Under the pieces are notes generated by a model, which saw only the letters and a list, made by a program, of their open reading frames with translations, did no database searches and had not been told where the DNA came from. From assembly GCA_041660745.1 (NCBI GenBank), contig JBAZVT010000001.1, forward strand, positions 4,377 to 68,376: a DNA stretch of 64,000 nt, read 5' to 3'. Position 1 is the first letter of the stretch, and the number at the start of each line of letters is the position of its first letter. This DNA is from Minisyncoccota bacterium. Lineage in GTDB: Bacteria > Patescibacteriota > Minisyncoccia > Phycocordibacterales > JBAZVT01. Shown piece by piece: positions 26,963 through 37,309 of this stretch. The translations under genes and the position numbers were made by a program.

Positions 26963-29900
26963 GGTGCTACCGGGAATATAGTTCCAATATTAACAGTGCC
27001 ATCTGGTAGAAGTCTGGTACGGAATTCAATAAGCACATTATCCACAGTAATTCGCCCACGGACATCGGTACCGATTACCATATTACCTCGCATCGACTGA
27101 ATAGCATCTGCCACTGCTGATTCTGCGTTACCTACGTTAACGCCAACAGCTTCAAGACGAGGTGCATAATGTTCAGTCCTAAAAATTGTTGCAACGGGTA
27201 CTCTACCTAAAACCCCAGCAATTCCCCCAACCAACCTCGCTTCTGGCGCTATTAAAGTCGCCGCTGTTCCTACCGCAGCTCCGCCAAGCCCCAACGGGCT
27301 GATCGGCCCGCTGGCCGGTGCCATCCCTTCCCGGATAGGCGTGCTATCGGACTGGGTGATCAGCCGCTGGCCAAAGGCGACTTGGTTGTCGGCGACTTGA
27401 ATCCCCGCCCCGCTGCTAAAGGCAAACGGATTGCCCCCGCCATAATAGCTGATACTCGGTGTGATGGAATTTCGTATAGCCGCACTTTGTGGAGATAACC
27501 CACTGGGGTCATTAAAGTTTACCGGATTATTCCCGACATAGGCATACAAATTAATGCCTGCCGCATAGCCTATCGGGTCACGTTGGATAAACCGGCCTAA
27601 GTTTGGCCAGTAATAGCGTGCCCGGTAGAAATATAAGCCGGGAATGGTTTTAGCCCGCTCCCGGCCGGCGTAGCCGTAGTCCGGGAAGTTGCCGGTCAGG
27701 AAGGCGTTTCTGCCGTATGCTTCATAACGCACACTGGCACTGACAGCTTGATTGACATCGGTCACGGCTAAAACCGAGCCGATACCGTCTTGGTGGTAGT
27801 AGCTGGCGGTGGCAGTGGGGTCGGCGGTGTTGCCGGTGAGTTTAGCCAAAGGGAAGTCGGTACCCGCCTGAACCTCGTAAGCACTGGCGCTAGTCCAGCT
27901 AGTGCCGGGATAGGTCGCCACGATGTTATTGCCGTCGTAGAGATTGCGGCTGGTGACGCCGGATTCGGTGACTTCAATGCGCCGGCCTTGCGGGTCGTAA
28001 GTGTAGTTAGCGCTGCCGGCCCCGCTGGTTTGGGCCAGGCGGCCCAGGCTGTCGTAAGTGTATTGGGTGGTAAAGGTGCCGCTGCAGGTGATGATGCTGG
28101 GCCGGGTGATGGGGGCGCCGGTACAGCTTTGGCTCAAATTACCGGCGGCGTCGTAAATATAGGCTCCTTCTAAGCTACCGTTCAGACTGGTCTCGGTGAG
28201 CTGATTGGCCGCGTCGATTTTATAAACGACGGTATTAGGCCCCACTTGTCTACTGATCCGGTTATTCAAGGCATCATAGCTGTAGCGGGTTAATCTGGCG
28301 GTAGTACTGTTGTCTTCCTGAACGAGGCGGTCTAAGGCGTCGTACTGGTAAGCATAAGTCCAGGCGGTTGGGCCGGGCAAGGTTTCAACCAAGCCGTTGC
28401 GCCGGCCTAAACCGTCATAGCGGTACTGGCTTTGGGCGAGGGGGCCGCCTAGGCTCTGGTGGCTGACTTGTGCCAAGCTGCCGTCGGGGTTCCAGGTTTG
28501 GGTTTTGCGGATACCGTTGGGGTAGCGCAAACTGACTAAACGCCCTGCCGCATCGTAACTTAAGCCGTAGCTGTCGAAGTTGGGCGCCCAGATACTGGTC
28601 AGGCGGCCTACGGGGTCGTAGACATAGTGGCTGGCGTTGGTGTCCGGGCCTTGTACGCTGTTGAGCAAACCGCCGGGGCTCCAGCGGTAAGTCAGGGTTT
28701 TGCCGCCGCGCCGGTCAGTGACGGTTTGCAGGCGGTGGGCGGCATCGTAGGTGTTGTCGTAGGCGATGTCCAAGCTGCTATTGGGGTTGGCGCTCCAGGC
28801 TTCGCTACGGGTAGGTTGGCCTAAAGGGTTGCGGGTATAGAGGAGCCTGCGGCCGTCTTCGGCGGTGGTCGACAGCAATTGGTGGCCGTAACGCCATTGA
28901 TTGGTGAGGGTGTGGCCGTTGGGGGTTTGCAAGGTGATAACGTTGCCGTTAACATCGTAGCTGTAACGGGTGATCTGGTCGTTGGCATCGGTGGCCGAAA
29001 GCCTGCGTCCGAAGTCGTCGTTGACGTAACTGGTTTGCAATGTCACCCGGTCGGAGGCGGAAACGCCAGTATCCGGGTTGATGGCGCTGCCGCCGTCGGC
29101 GGTGGTCTGGCCGGCATAGATGGCGGTGAGGTTGCCCAGGTTGTCAAAACTGTAGCGGGTGACCGGGCGGATGTTTTGGCCGACGGTAGCCGAGGAGGGG
29201 TCTTGGTCGGTGACTACCGGCCCGGCCGTGCGCACCAGTCGGCCCAGGGCATCATAAGTGTTGAGCGTATCGCGGGCGGTTTCGGTGGCACCGGCCGCCG
29301 GCACGGTGGTGACTTTGACGGTGCGGCCCAGGGCGTCGTAAGTGTATTGGGTAGCGATACCGCTGGTGAAACCGGCAATGGCAGGCTGGATGACTTGTCT
29401 GAGCCGGCCGTCCTGGCTGGCATTGCCGTAGCTGTAGGTGGTGGTGGCGCCGGTGGGGTCGGTAACGGTGCGGATACGGCCGGTGGCGTCCAGGCTACGG
29501 GTGACGGCATGGTTGGCCTTGTCGTAGGCTTTGAGCCAGCGGTTGACCGGGTCGTAGTCAAAGCCTAAGGTGTAACCATCGGCATCGGCCATCTGCACCA
29601 GGTTACCGGCAGCATCGTATTGGTATTGGCTGGCGTTACCGCCAGCATCGAGCGCGGTTTGCAAGCGCCCGGCGCTATCATAAGCCTGGTAAGCCGAATC
29701 CCATAAGCGCTGGCCGACTTGCAGTTCATTAGCAATGCTGCGGCCATTGCCGTCGAAAGCCAATTTACGGACTTGTCCCAGGGCATCAGTGGCGCTGGTG
29801 GCACGGCCATCGGCGTCATACTGGTACTGGGTGGCCTGCCAGTCGGCATCGATGCCTTGGTTGGGTCGGCCTTGGGCGTCATAAGCCAGGGTGGCGGTGT

Positions 29901-32900
29901 CGGCGCTGTCCGAGGCATTGATCAGGCCGTCGCCGTTTTTATCACCTAAGCGGCTGACCTGGGTGGGGTATAAGGTATTGGCATCATAGGCCATGGCCAC
30001 GGTGGGGCCGGTACCGCTGGCAAAGTTACCTAAGCTGGCGCCGGTAAAAACGCGCAAGATTTTGCTTTGGGTTAACAGTCCGGTGGCAGCATCGTAAGCC
30101 TGTTTGCTCCAGGCGGCGATATCGGCCACTGCGGGGGTAGTGCTGGCGGCCGGCACTTTGCCGGTTTTCAGGCGCACGGTGTCGGTGGTGTTGCCTTTGG
30201 CGTCATAGGCCAGCAGTGTCCAGTTGCCGGTGGCGTCCTTGATGCGTTGCGGGGCATTAAAGGCCGTGAAGCCGTCATAGGTGGTGGTGGCCCCGGACGG
30301 CTGGGCCATGCGGGTCAGGTTGGCGGCGCTGTCGTATTGGTAGCTTAAGGTGAGGCCGTTGGCGTCGGTTTCGGTGAGCCGGTTGAACGGGTTGGCCGGG
30401 TCATAGGTGTAGGTGGTCTTAGCACCGGATTCATCGGTGATGCTGGCCGGGTTGCCATTGGCATCGAAGGTGTAGCGCCGCTCAAAACCGCGCTCGTTGA
30501 CCATGACGGTTTCACGGCGGAAGTCCTGGTAGCGGAAGGTGGTGGTTTCGGCCAGCAGGTTGCCATTTTTATGGCGCTGGTGCTGGAATACCCGGCCGTC
30601 CAGGTAGTAGCTAAAGCGCATGCCCTCGCCTTGCGGCTGGGTATAGGTGCGCAAGGCGTGGTTGAGGTTTTGGCTATCAGTTGCGCCATAATAATCATAC
30701 GTGGCCGCCGGGTGCTGGCCGCTGACCGCCAGCGGGCTTTTGTAGGACACCAGGTTGCCGTTGCCGTCATAGCCGTATTGGTGGCTGGCTAAGGTGGCCC
30801 CGCCAATGGCCTTGACATCAATTTGGCTGATGTGGCTACCCGCATACGTGAAGCTGAGTTTACGGCCAGGGCCGTCGGTGATGTCTTTTAAGGTCTGGTC
30901 GGCGTTATACGTTAAGGTTAGTGTATTGCCATTGCGGTCACGGATGTTCTGAAGTTTAGCCGATTGCCCTGATGTGACACTGGCATTGGCTTCAAAACTG
31001 TAGCGTAAACCGTTCTTTTCGGTAAGGCTCCAGCTGCCGTCAGCTTCCCGGCGCAAGGAAGAATAAATGCCGGGGGAGGCCGTTAGCGTGGTGCCGGCTG
31101 GCACGCTGCTGCCAGCCAGGGAGAAGAAATGTTCACCGCCGCTGCCGTCAAGCCAGCCGACCTTGACTAAGCCCGACTCCACGCCATAAAAGTTGAGCCG
31201 GTGGTTAAAGCTGTGCGTCCAGCCAAAGCCCAAAGGGCCGTCTTTAGGACTGCGGCTGTTGTAGCTGCGCTCAAACACCAAGGGCAAGCCCCGCCCCGGT
31301 AGGGCGATGTCGCGTTCGGAGCCGTAATAGTTGCCGGTGGCCAGATTGACCGGGTCACCGGCTAATGTTATTAACGGATTACTACCATTGGACAGGGTGG
31401 TAGAATTGACAGGAACGTTGGTGAAAATATTGCTTGGGATAAAACTGCTGACCGGGTAGGTTGTAGACACGGGGCTGGCCGAGTTCAGGGCGAATCCGCC
31501 GCCTAGCCTGCCGCTGATGACCGCTGCAATATAGCCTTTGCCCTGGTTTTCGACAAAATACACCGCCCCCCGCCAAACTTTGGGCTGCGCCTGCCCGTCT
31601 GAATAAGCGATGGTTTGACGCGGCGCGGTAACGGTAGCGCCATCCATGACATAGCGGGCAATATCATTTTTAGAGGTCGCCATGCTGGCATCAGTCAACA
31701 AATCATAGTTGCTGAAATTCGCAGACGTGAACACATTAAACGGAATGCCTTGCTCACTGGCAAACTGCAGGCCGCGCACGGTGGACACTGCATCGGTGCG
31801 GATCAGTTCCTGCCAGATAAAATGCTCGTAAGCCGAGTTGCTAAAATTGGCCAACCTGAAAGTCGGCCAGACTTCGTTAAGGTTCGTTGCACTATCGGTG
31901 GCTGTGGAATCCAGTTTGACGAAACGCGACTGGTTGCCCAAGACATCGACGTAAGTGCCCCCCGGATGGGCGGCAAACGGCAAATCAAACAGGTAGTCTA
32001 CCTTCAGGCTGGCGGCTGTCAGCCCCAAGTGCGTGCCGCTTTCACCGCTGAGGCCATTGAGCTTGCCGAGATAAAGGCTGCTATCGGTCACATAACGCAT
32101 GTATTTTAACAAGGCGATATGCAACAGTTCGCCTTCGGTATTGTCGTAACTGGCGGGATTGGCCGGGGTGGCAGCTGAGGGGTTGGCCTGGACGGCTTGC
32201 ACCAACTGGGCGGAACGTTCCGCGACCAGCCGGTCGGAGCCTTGGCGGGCATAGGCCAAGAGCGCATGGTGGGCACCGGCCACCAAGTTGGTGTAGACCG
32301 TCTTATTAGTGCAATGCAAATCTGGATCTGGGGTAGCAATATTGGGATCATCATTCCGGCAAGCTGAACCCGACAGGGTGGTATCACCCAGGGTGACCTT
32401 CATGATAAGGCGGTGCACCGACCCTAAGCTGAGCGTAGCGGCACCTGTGGCAAGCACGGCACCGTCCGCTTTGAGCACCGGCAAGACATTGACGGCGCCG
32501 GCTGGAACGCTGGCCGGGTCACCGGCCCAGCTGTTCCACAGCGCCTGTGAAGCGCTGTCAGGCGTATACGATAAGGTGATGCGTTTGTGTGCCACAGAAG
32601 GGAGGGACACCACTTGTTCAGGCATCAAGTTGGTGCCATTGCCGGATTGGACTTTGATACTGAACTGGTAGCGGTGGCTGGCGGGTAAGGCCGCTGCTTC
32701 AGGCGAGCTGGTACCTGCCCAATTATCGTATTGCACGACTTCATAGGGCAAGCTCACCGGCAAAATATCGTAGGCCCGGGGTACTTGCCGGCCTTGGTAA
32801 GGCACATCCAGGATGCTCTGCCCGCTGTTCAGACTTTTCACATAGTTGTCGACCAACGTGGCATAGGCTTCATGCGGCAAGGTGCTGGTGCGGGTGGCCA

Positions 32901-34248
32901 AATAACCAGTGGCGCCGGTATTGAAATTGACATTCTGCTGGATGCCGCCAATACCGGGCTGGTAAGTGTTGTCCTTGAAACTGGGGTCCAGCGGCAGCCA
33001 GCGGTGTCCGCTGTTATCGGATGGGGCACCCCGGTAGTTGCCATATGGCAAGCAAGCCTCAACCCAAACATGGCGTAGCTGGATGACTGACGATCCGATA
33101 CCCACTGAAGGGTTCATGTTGTTGCTTAAGATGTTCGCAGCCGCCTGATAGTTTTTGGCACCCAGCCAACGTGGTGCCCGGCCATTGGCTCCAAGGTTGC
33201 TTCCATCTATGATTTGGACATCCCCTAAGACATAGCGGGCCGGGATATTGGAAGCCCGCAGCAGGGCGATCAACAAGGACGCCTGGTCGGTGGCGCCACC
33301 AGCCTTAGTGTAAAGCGTGCCTTGCGAGCCTTTTAATGAACCAAAATAAGGTTCAAAACGGATGTTGTCGTAGACGTATTGGAATATTTTAACTGGCGAG
33401 TAGTTTAGCTGGGCCGCTAAATCCCGGATATCTTGAGTGATGACGGCATCTTCGGTTGCCGCCAAATCGGCTGGGGCATAGCCACAGGCTGAGGCCTCCG
33501 CTGGCGTGCCGGGGGCTGCAGCTATGGCACCGCTGATGAGTAAATCCAACAAATAAGCAACAGGCGGCTGGGTTGGGCTTACCGGCAAGGCGCTGAGGTA
33601 ACGCGGCAGCGCCTTGCTGGCAGGTAGAGGAGTGTCCTTAGCCTGGATGCCTAAGTGGCTGGTTGGTGTCGGTAACGCCTCAGTGGGCGCCTCCAGGCCA
33701 TTGGCCGGACTGGCCATGGCCTTAAGTTCGGCCATGGCTTTGCTTAAGGCTTGCCTCCGGCTACCGGCATCTTGGGCGTTGGCCAATGCAGCCAAAGTGC
33801 TGTCGAGTTGGTCAAAGCGGTGTCTAACTTGCTTGGCAATGGCGTCAAAGTCCTGGCTTTTGTTAGGTTGCTTGAAGGCCACCAGCTGGCTGCGCATCTT
33901 ATCTAATTCAGCGTCGACATCCTGGCGCATACCCACAATCTGGGTGCGCTTGGCCGCCAGCAATTGTAGTTTAGTTTGCATCAAGGCGGCTTTATCACCC
34001 CGGCTTGAGTGTTCCAGTTGATCCGTGCCCGCCATCAGTGCCAAGGCTTCGGCCATGTGCTGGTGTAGTTGTTGGGCGACGGCGTTACCAGGTTGCTGGT
34101 GCACTTTCATCAAGGTTTCCACCACCGGTTCCGGTAAACCGGCCGGGGTACTAGAGGCGGCGGGGAGGGCACCCTGCGCAATGCCCAAGCACGACAGGCA
34201 CAAGAATAAAAGCAGCCCATATGGGCGCAGGTGAAGATGAGATGACAT
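26959..34248 (-). CDS. Signal-peptide / transglutaminase-like / DUF6531 / Rhs-repeat polymorphic toxin
   Basis: N-terminal signal peptide; YFGSLKG..DQASLLIALLRASNIPARY..HVWVE..WLPLDPS; GDPVNLATGN..FERSYNS..GPLGFGW; many YD repeats; core end NPVNFNDPSG; AT-richer C-terminal tip. Confidence 0.92.
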   Translation of the reverse strand: MSSHLHLRPYGLLLFLCLSCLGIAQGALPAASSTPAGLPEPVVETLMKVHQQPGNAVAQQLHQHMAEALALMAGTDQLEHSSRGDKAALMQTKLQLLAAKRTQIVGMRQDVDAELDKMRSQLVAFKQPNKSQDFDAIAKQVRHRFDQLDSTLAALANAQDAGSRRQALSKAMAELKAMASPANGLEAPTEALPTPTSHLGIQAKDTPLPASKALPRYLSALPVSPTQPPVAYLLDLLISGAIAAAPGTPAEASACGYAPADLAATEDAVITQDIRDLAAQLNYSPVKIFQYVYDNIRFEPYFGSLKGSQGTLYTKAGGATDQASLLIALLRASNIPARYVLGDVQIIDGSNLGANGRAPRWLGAKNYQAAANILSNNMNPSVGIGSSVIQLRHVWVEACLPYGNYRGAPSDNSGHRWLPLDPSFKDNTYQPGIGGIQQNVNFNTGATGYLATRTSTLPHEAYATLVDNYVKSLNSGQSILDVPYQGRQVPRAYDILPVSLPYEVVQYDNWAGTSSPEAAALPASHRYQFSIKVQSGNGTNLMPEQVVSLPSVAHKRITLSYTPDSASQALWNSWAGDPASVPAGAVNVLPVLKADGAVLATGAATLSLGSVHRLIMKVTLGDTTLSGSACRNDDPNIATPDPDLHCTNKTVYTNLVAGAHHALLAYARQGSDRLVAERSAQLVQAVQANPSAATPANPASYDNTEGELLHIALLKYMRYVTDSSLYLGKLNGLSGESGTHLGLTAASLKVDYLFDLPFAAHPGGTYVDVLGNQSRFVKLDSTATDSATNLNEVWPTFRLANFSNSAYEHFIWQELIRTDAVSTVRGLQFASEQGIPFNVFTSANFSNYDLLTDASMATSKNDIARYVMDGATVTAPRQTIAYSDGQAQPKVWRGAVYFVENQGKGYIAAVISGRLGGGFALNSASPVSTTYPVSSFIPSNIFTNVPVNSTTLSNGSNPLITLAGDPVNLATGNYYGSERDIALPGRGLPLVFERSYNSRSPKDGPLGFGWTHSFNHRLNFYGVESGLVKVGWLDGSGGEHFFSLAGSSVPAGTTLTASPGIYSSLRREADGSWSLTEKNGLRYSFEANASVTSGQSAKLQNIRDRNGNTLTLTYNADQTLKDITDGPGRKLSFTYAGSHISQIDVKAIGGATLASHQYGYDGNGNLVSYKSPLAVSGQHPAATYDYYGATDSQNLNHALRTYTQPQGEGMRFSYYLDGRVFQHQRHKNGNLLAETTTFRYQDFRRETVMVNERGFERRYTFDANGNPASITDESGAKTTYTYDPANPFNRLTETDANGLTLSYQYDSAANLTRMAQPSGATTTYDGFTAFNAPQRIKDATGNWTLLAYDAKGNTTDTVRLKTGKVPAASTTPAVADIAAWSKQAYDAATGLLTQSKILRVFTGASLGNFASGTGPTVAMAYDANTLYPTQVSRLGDKNGDGLINASDSADTATLAYDAQGRPNQGIDADWQATQYQYDADGRATSATDALGQVRKLAFDGNGRSIANELQVGQRLWDSAYQAYDSAGRLQTALDAGGNASQYQYDAAGNLVQMADADGYTLGFDYDPVNRWLKAYDKANHAVTRSLDATGRIRTVTDPTGATTTYSYGNASQDGRLRQVIQPAIAGFTSGIATQYTYDALGRTVKVTTVPAAGATETARDTLNTYDALGRLVRTAGPVVTDQDPSSATVGQNIRPVTRYSFDNLGNLTAIYAGQTTADGGSAINPDTGVSASDRVTLQTSYVNDDFGRRLSATDANDQITRYSYDVNGNVITLQTPNGHTLTNQWRYGHQLLSTTAEDGRRLLYTRNPLGQPTRSEAWSANPNSSLDIAYDNTYDAAHRLQTVTDRRGGKTLTYRWSPGGLLNSVQGPDTNASHYVYDPVGRLTSIWAPNFDSYGLSYDAAGRLVSLRYPNGIRKTQTWNPDGSLAQVSHQSLGGPLAQSQYRYDGLGRRNGLVETLPGPTAWTYAYQYDALDRLVQEDNSTTARLTRYSYDALNNRISRQVGPNTVVYKIDAANQLTETSLNGSLEGAYIYDAAGNLSQSCTGAPITRPSIITCSGTFTTQYTYDSLGRLAQTSGAGSANYTYDPQGRRIEVTESGVTSRNLYDGNNIVATYPGTSWTSASAYEVQAGTDFPLAKLTGNTADPTATASYYHQDGIGSVLAVTDVNQAVSASVRYEAYGRNAFLTGNFPDYGYAGRERAKTIPGLYFYRARYYWPNLGRFIQRDPIGYAAGINLYAYVGNNPVNFNDPSGLSPQSAAIRNSITPSISYYGGGNPFAFSSGAGIQVADNQVAFGQRLITQSDSTPIREGMAPASGPISPLGLGGAAVGTAATLIAPEARLVGGIAGVLGRVPVATIFRTEHYAPRLEAVGVNVGNAESAVADAIQSMRGNMVIGTDVRGRITVDNVLIEFRTRLLPDGTVNIGTIFPVAP

Positions 34249-34283
34249 GGCGGCTGGTTCCCTGGATTTAAGGCGTTAAGGTA

Positions 34284-35675
34284 TCAACGGGTTTGCGTGC
34301 TATTTGGTTGCGGTCTATAGTGCAGGAACCCAGACAACAGTAGCCCCAGCACAGCAATCGCCCAAGTCGGTAGGGCAGGCACTGGGATGGTATCCGTACT
34401 TGGGCTGACAACGGCAATCTGGCTGGTTGCCGTCCCAACGGCACCGGCACCGGATGCTTGGTAAATGAAGTTAAACGTCCCAGCCACCGTAGGCGTGCCG
34501 GTGACTTGGCCAGAACTGCCGTTTAAGCTTAAGCCGTCCGGCAGTTTGCCAAAGGTTAGTGTCCACGCCGTCGCGGTGACGCCAGTGATAGAGGGTAAGG
34601 CCGCGTTATAGGGCTGGTTGAGCTGGGCCTGGTTGAGGGCAAGCGCGGTGGTGGTACCCACAACGGCTTGGCCATTGCCTTTGGTTGCCAGCAAGGTGCT
34701 GTCGGCCACACTGGGGTTCGTGCCCAGCAAAACCGGGGTTTCAACACCATCTGGCAAACCGTCCTTGTCGGTGTCGGCCAAGGTCGCGGCTGGCAATGCG
34801 GCCAGTACCTGTGTAGCGACCAACGGGTTATTACTGGCATAGCCGCCATTGGCCTGCTGCTGGGCAATGAGGAAGTTTTGGGCGTTGACCGCCGCCGTGT
34901 CATTGGTGCCCGCTTCGGCGACGATAGCCCGGTACGCTAACGTGGTTTCCAATACGGTGCCAGTAGCTCCTTCACCAAAACCACCACCGGATTTTTGTTG
35001 GGTCTTTAGCCAATTAATGCCGTTGGTAATAAAACTTTGCACACTAAAATTAGATTTGTAACGGTTTAAGGTCAAGACCGTTTGTGCAGTCGGAATGACT
35101 TTACTGGCTGGCGTACCGACATTGGATTTGAAGTAGGGCCAACCGCCATCAGCGTTTTGCTGGTTGAAAAGGTAACTTAGCCCAAAACCGGTGTCGGGAT
35201 AATTGGCGCCAGTCTGCCGGAGGGCATCCATGGCCAGGGCCGTATCGAGTGAGCTGCCCCCGAAATGGTCGTAAGCACCCCAGCTAACCTTATTTCCGTT
35301 TGTACTCTCATTGGCATAACTGATCAACCGGGCCGTCAGCCCAGACACATCGCGGCCAGCCCGGTACAAGGCCAAGGCTTGGCGGGACAAGCTATCAATA
35401 CTGGCGGCCTGGTAATTTTCCAGCCAGGCCACGGCCCGGTTAAAGCTGTCGCCACTGCTGACACCGGCATTAACCAACGCTTCAACGGCACTGGCGGTTT
35501 CCACCATGCGCAGCCCAGTGTTGGTACCCCAGCTGCCATCGCCATTCTGGTTGGTAATCAGCCAGGCCAAGGTTTTGAGACGGGCGTCATCGACCGGTGC
35601 GGCTTGTATCTGCATACTGGCAAAAAACCCTGCCAATATGGTCATCCTAATAATTATCTTCATATCCCTGGCCAT
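34284..35675 (-). CDS. Secreted prenyltransferase/squalene-cyclase-repeat protein with Ig-like domain and IPTL-CTERM-like anchor
   Basis: QW-type repeats (QNGDGSW, QNADGGW, QKSGGGF, QANGGY), DTDKDGLPD, He_PIG-like LPDGLSL..GQVTGTPT, C-terminal IPVPALPTW + TM helix. Start is 35675 or 35663. Confidence 0.82.
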   Translation of the reverse strand: MARDMKIIIRMTILAGFFASMQIQAAPVDDARLKTLAWLITNQNGDGSWGTNTGLRMVETASAVEALVNAGVSSGDSFNRAVAWLENYQAASIDSLSRQALALYRAGRDVSGLTARLISYANESTNGNKVSWGAYDHFGGSSLDTALAMDALRQTGANYPDTGFGLSYLFNQQNADGGWPYFKSNVGTPASKVIPTAQTVLTLNRYKSNFSVQSFITNGINWLKTQQKSGGGFGEGATGTVLETTLAYRAIVAEAGTNDTAAVNAQNFLIAQQQANGGYASNNPLVATQVLAALPAATLADTDKDGLPDGVETPVLLGTNPSVADSTLLATKGNGQAVVGTTTALALNQAQLNQPYNAALPSITGVTATAWTLTFGKLPDGLSLNGSSGQVTGTPTVAGTFNFIYQASGAGAVGTATSQIAVVSPSTDTIPVPALPTWAIAVLGLLLSGFLHYRPQPNSTQTR

Positions 35676-35716
35676 TCGCTTATTATCAATGGGTTGGAGC
35701 AAACAAAACCCCGCCT

Positions 35717-37309
35717 TCAGTTCACTGGATAAAACACTGGTAGCGCCCTGCTGCCTGCCGGCAAACTAGGAATACGGCAATGGTTGACACTCAGCCCGTT
35801 AGCTGTAGCCCGGGTATAAGGGTTGACCGGCCTTGCAGGGTCATAGGCGGCATTTAACAAAGTGCCTAGCGCTACTGTTGCTGTATTGGTTGGCGGTGCT
35901 GCTTGGTTTATGGCCAATCCCAGCAACCCAGTTGTACCTCCCCAAGTTTGGGCTACGTTTAAGTTGGCCAAGGTAGTCGGGTTGGTAATCGTCGACACCA
36001 TCGCTTGTGCTAAGGGATCGGTAACAGCGCCTATAGTCATCAGCTCCGCCCAGAATTTATAACGCCCTTCCACCACGTTATGTGCAGAGGGTGAGGCATT
36101 GTCAATCTTGATAAAACGGTAAGGCTTGCTGCCTGTTGGGTTTTGGCCTATGCCCAGCAAGCCTATGGCCCAACGGAAACCGTTGGTGACCGGATTGCCG
36201 GATGTGTTGAAATTGGCCACAGCAGTATTGTTATTTAACCCTTCCAGGCAATTTTCTATGTCGGCAGTACTGTCTAGCGCGTGTGTAACTTTAGCAGGTG
36301 TTGTAGTTGCAGGAGGTTCAATGCCTAACGCGGGTGTTGTGGAAACTTGGATTGCTTCAGACAACGTTTGGTTACAGGGAGCATTTTGAAATTGGGTGTT
36401 AAATAGTGCCAAGGTACCTGAACCTGCGACCGGCAAGCATAAATGAATGCTCCGGTTACTGGGTTGGTCACTTGTAGCGACAGTCTGAAACAAATTTTGA
36501 CTTGTGGCTGTACCCCCATATCTTAAATTACGCCAATCGGTTAGACGTAAATTAACAAACAAACTTCCGATTTGTGCAGAAGTTAGGCTGGGCATACAGC
36601 GTTCGCTGTCATCACCCACACTACAACCTAGCAATAACGAACCAGCTGCGGCCTGTGCCGACTGCATCGCATTCCGTAACCGGGTGTTGACTGCAACACC
36701 GTAGATATGAGTGACAACCGGCGTCACAGTGACATGGGTCACCACATTCAAATCAGCCAAGGCCGCGTTCAGGGGTTGAAGAAACTGGGTAGGCTCAACA
36801 TCGGAAAAGTTAGCTTCAGAGCGGCGTACGCCATCGTCGCTGGCGGTTATGGGAGTGGCCACTGGCGCAGAGCAATTGGCAATGCTATTAACCGGGGTGG
36901 CACAGCTATTAGCATTGGCTAAGGTGCTATTTTTAATAAAAACATGGGCATTCGCTTGCGCCCCCCCTTGGACGGCACGGATGGCATTGCCGGCATCACC
37001 CCCTTCACGTTTATGCAGCAACAGGTATTGTTGGGTTACCCCAGTAAAGCTGGGTGCCCTTTCACAGAGATAAGCCACACTTTCGCCATCGGCATTGTTG
37101 CTATAGCGGTAAACGGTGCCAGCACAGTTTAACTTCATAGCCGCCACCAGAAATGGGGTAATCGCCGAAGAGCCAGTGGTTAGTGTTTCTGCCACATTGC
37201 TTTGGATGGCGGCAAAATCCGGTGTGCCATTAGTAAGCAGCGGTACTACGGCCTAGCTATTGTTACAAAAAACCATAAAGACCCATAGTCCCACGATAAG
37301 CTGTTGCAT
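35717..37309 (-). pseudogene. Secreted PstS/PBP-like surface protein interrupted by a single in-frame TAG
   Basis: The frame continues upstream of the 37195 ORF as MQQLIVGLWVFMVFCNNS*AVVPLL.. (TAG at 37253-37255; GGGGA RBS before ATG 37309). Body motifs SDVEP, PSLTSAQ, GSGT, WAIG and FIKID..P..G.Y.FWAE. Confidence 0.7.

Noticed and set aside
27768-34234. ORFs antisense to the Rhs gene, and YD repeats as a DNA repeat array
   Set aside because: Explained by Rhs codon periodicity and protein-level repeats.
34284-35675. Squalene-hopene cyclase / hopanoid biosynthesis call
   Set aside because: No DXDD motif, too short, and it has a signal peptide and C-terminal anchor.
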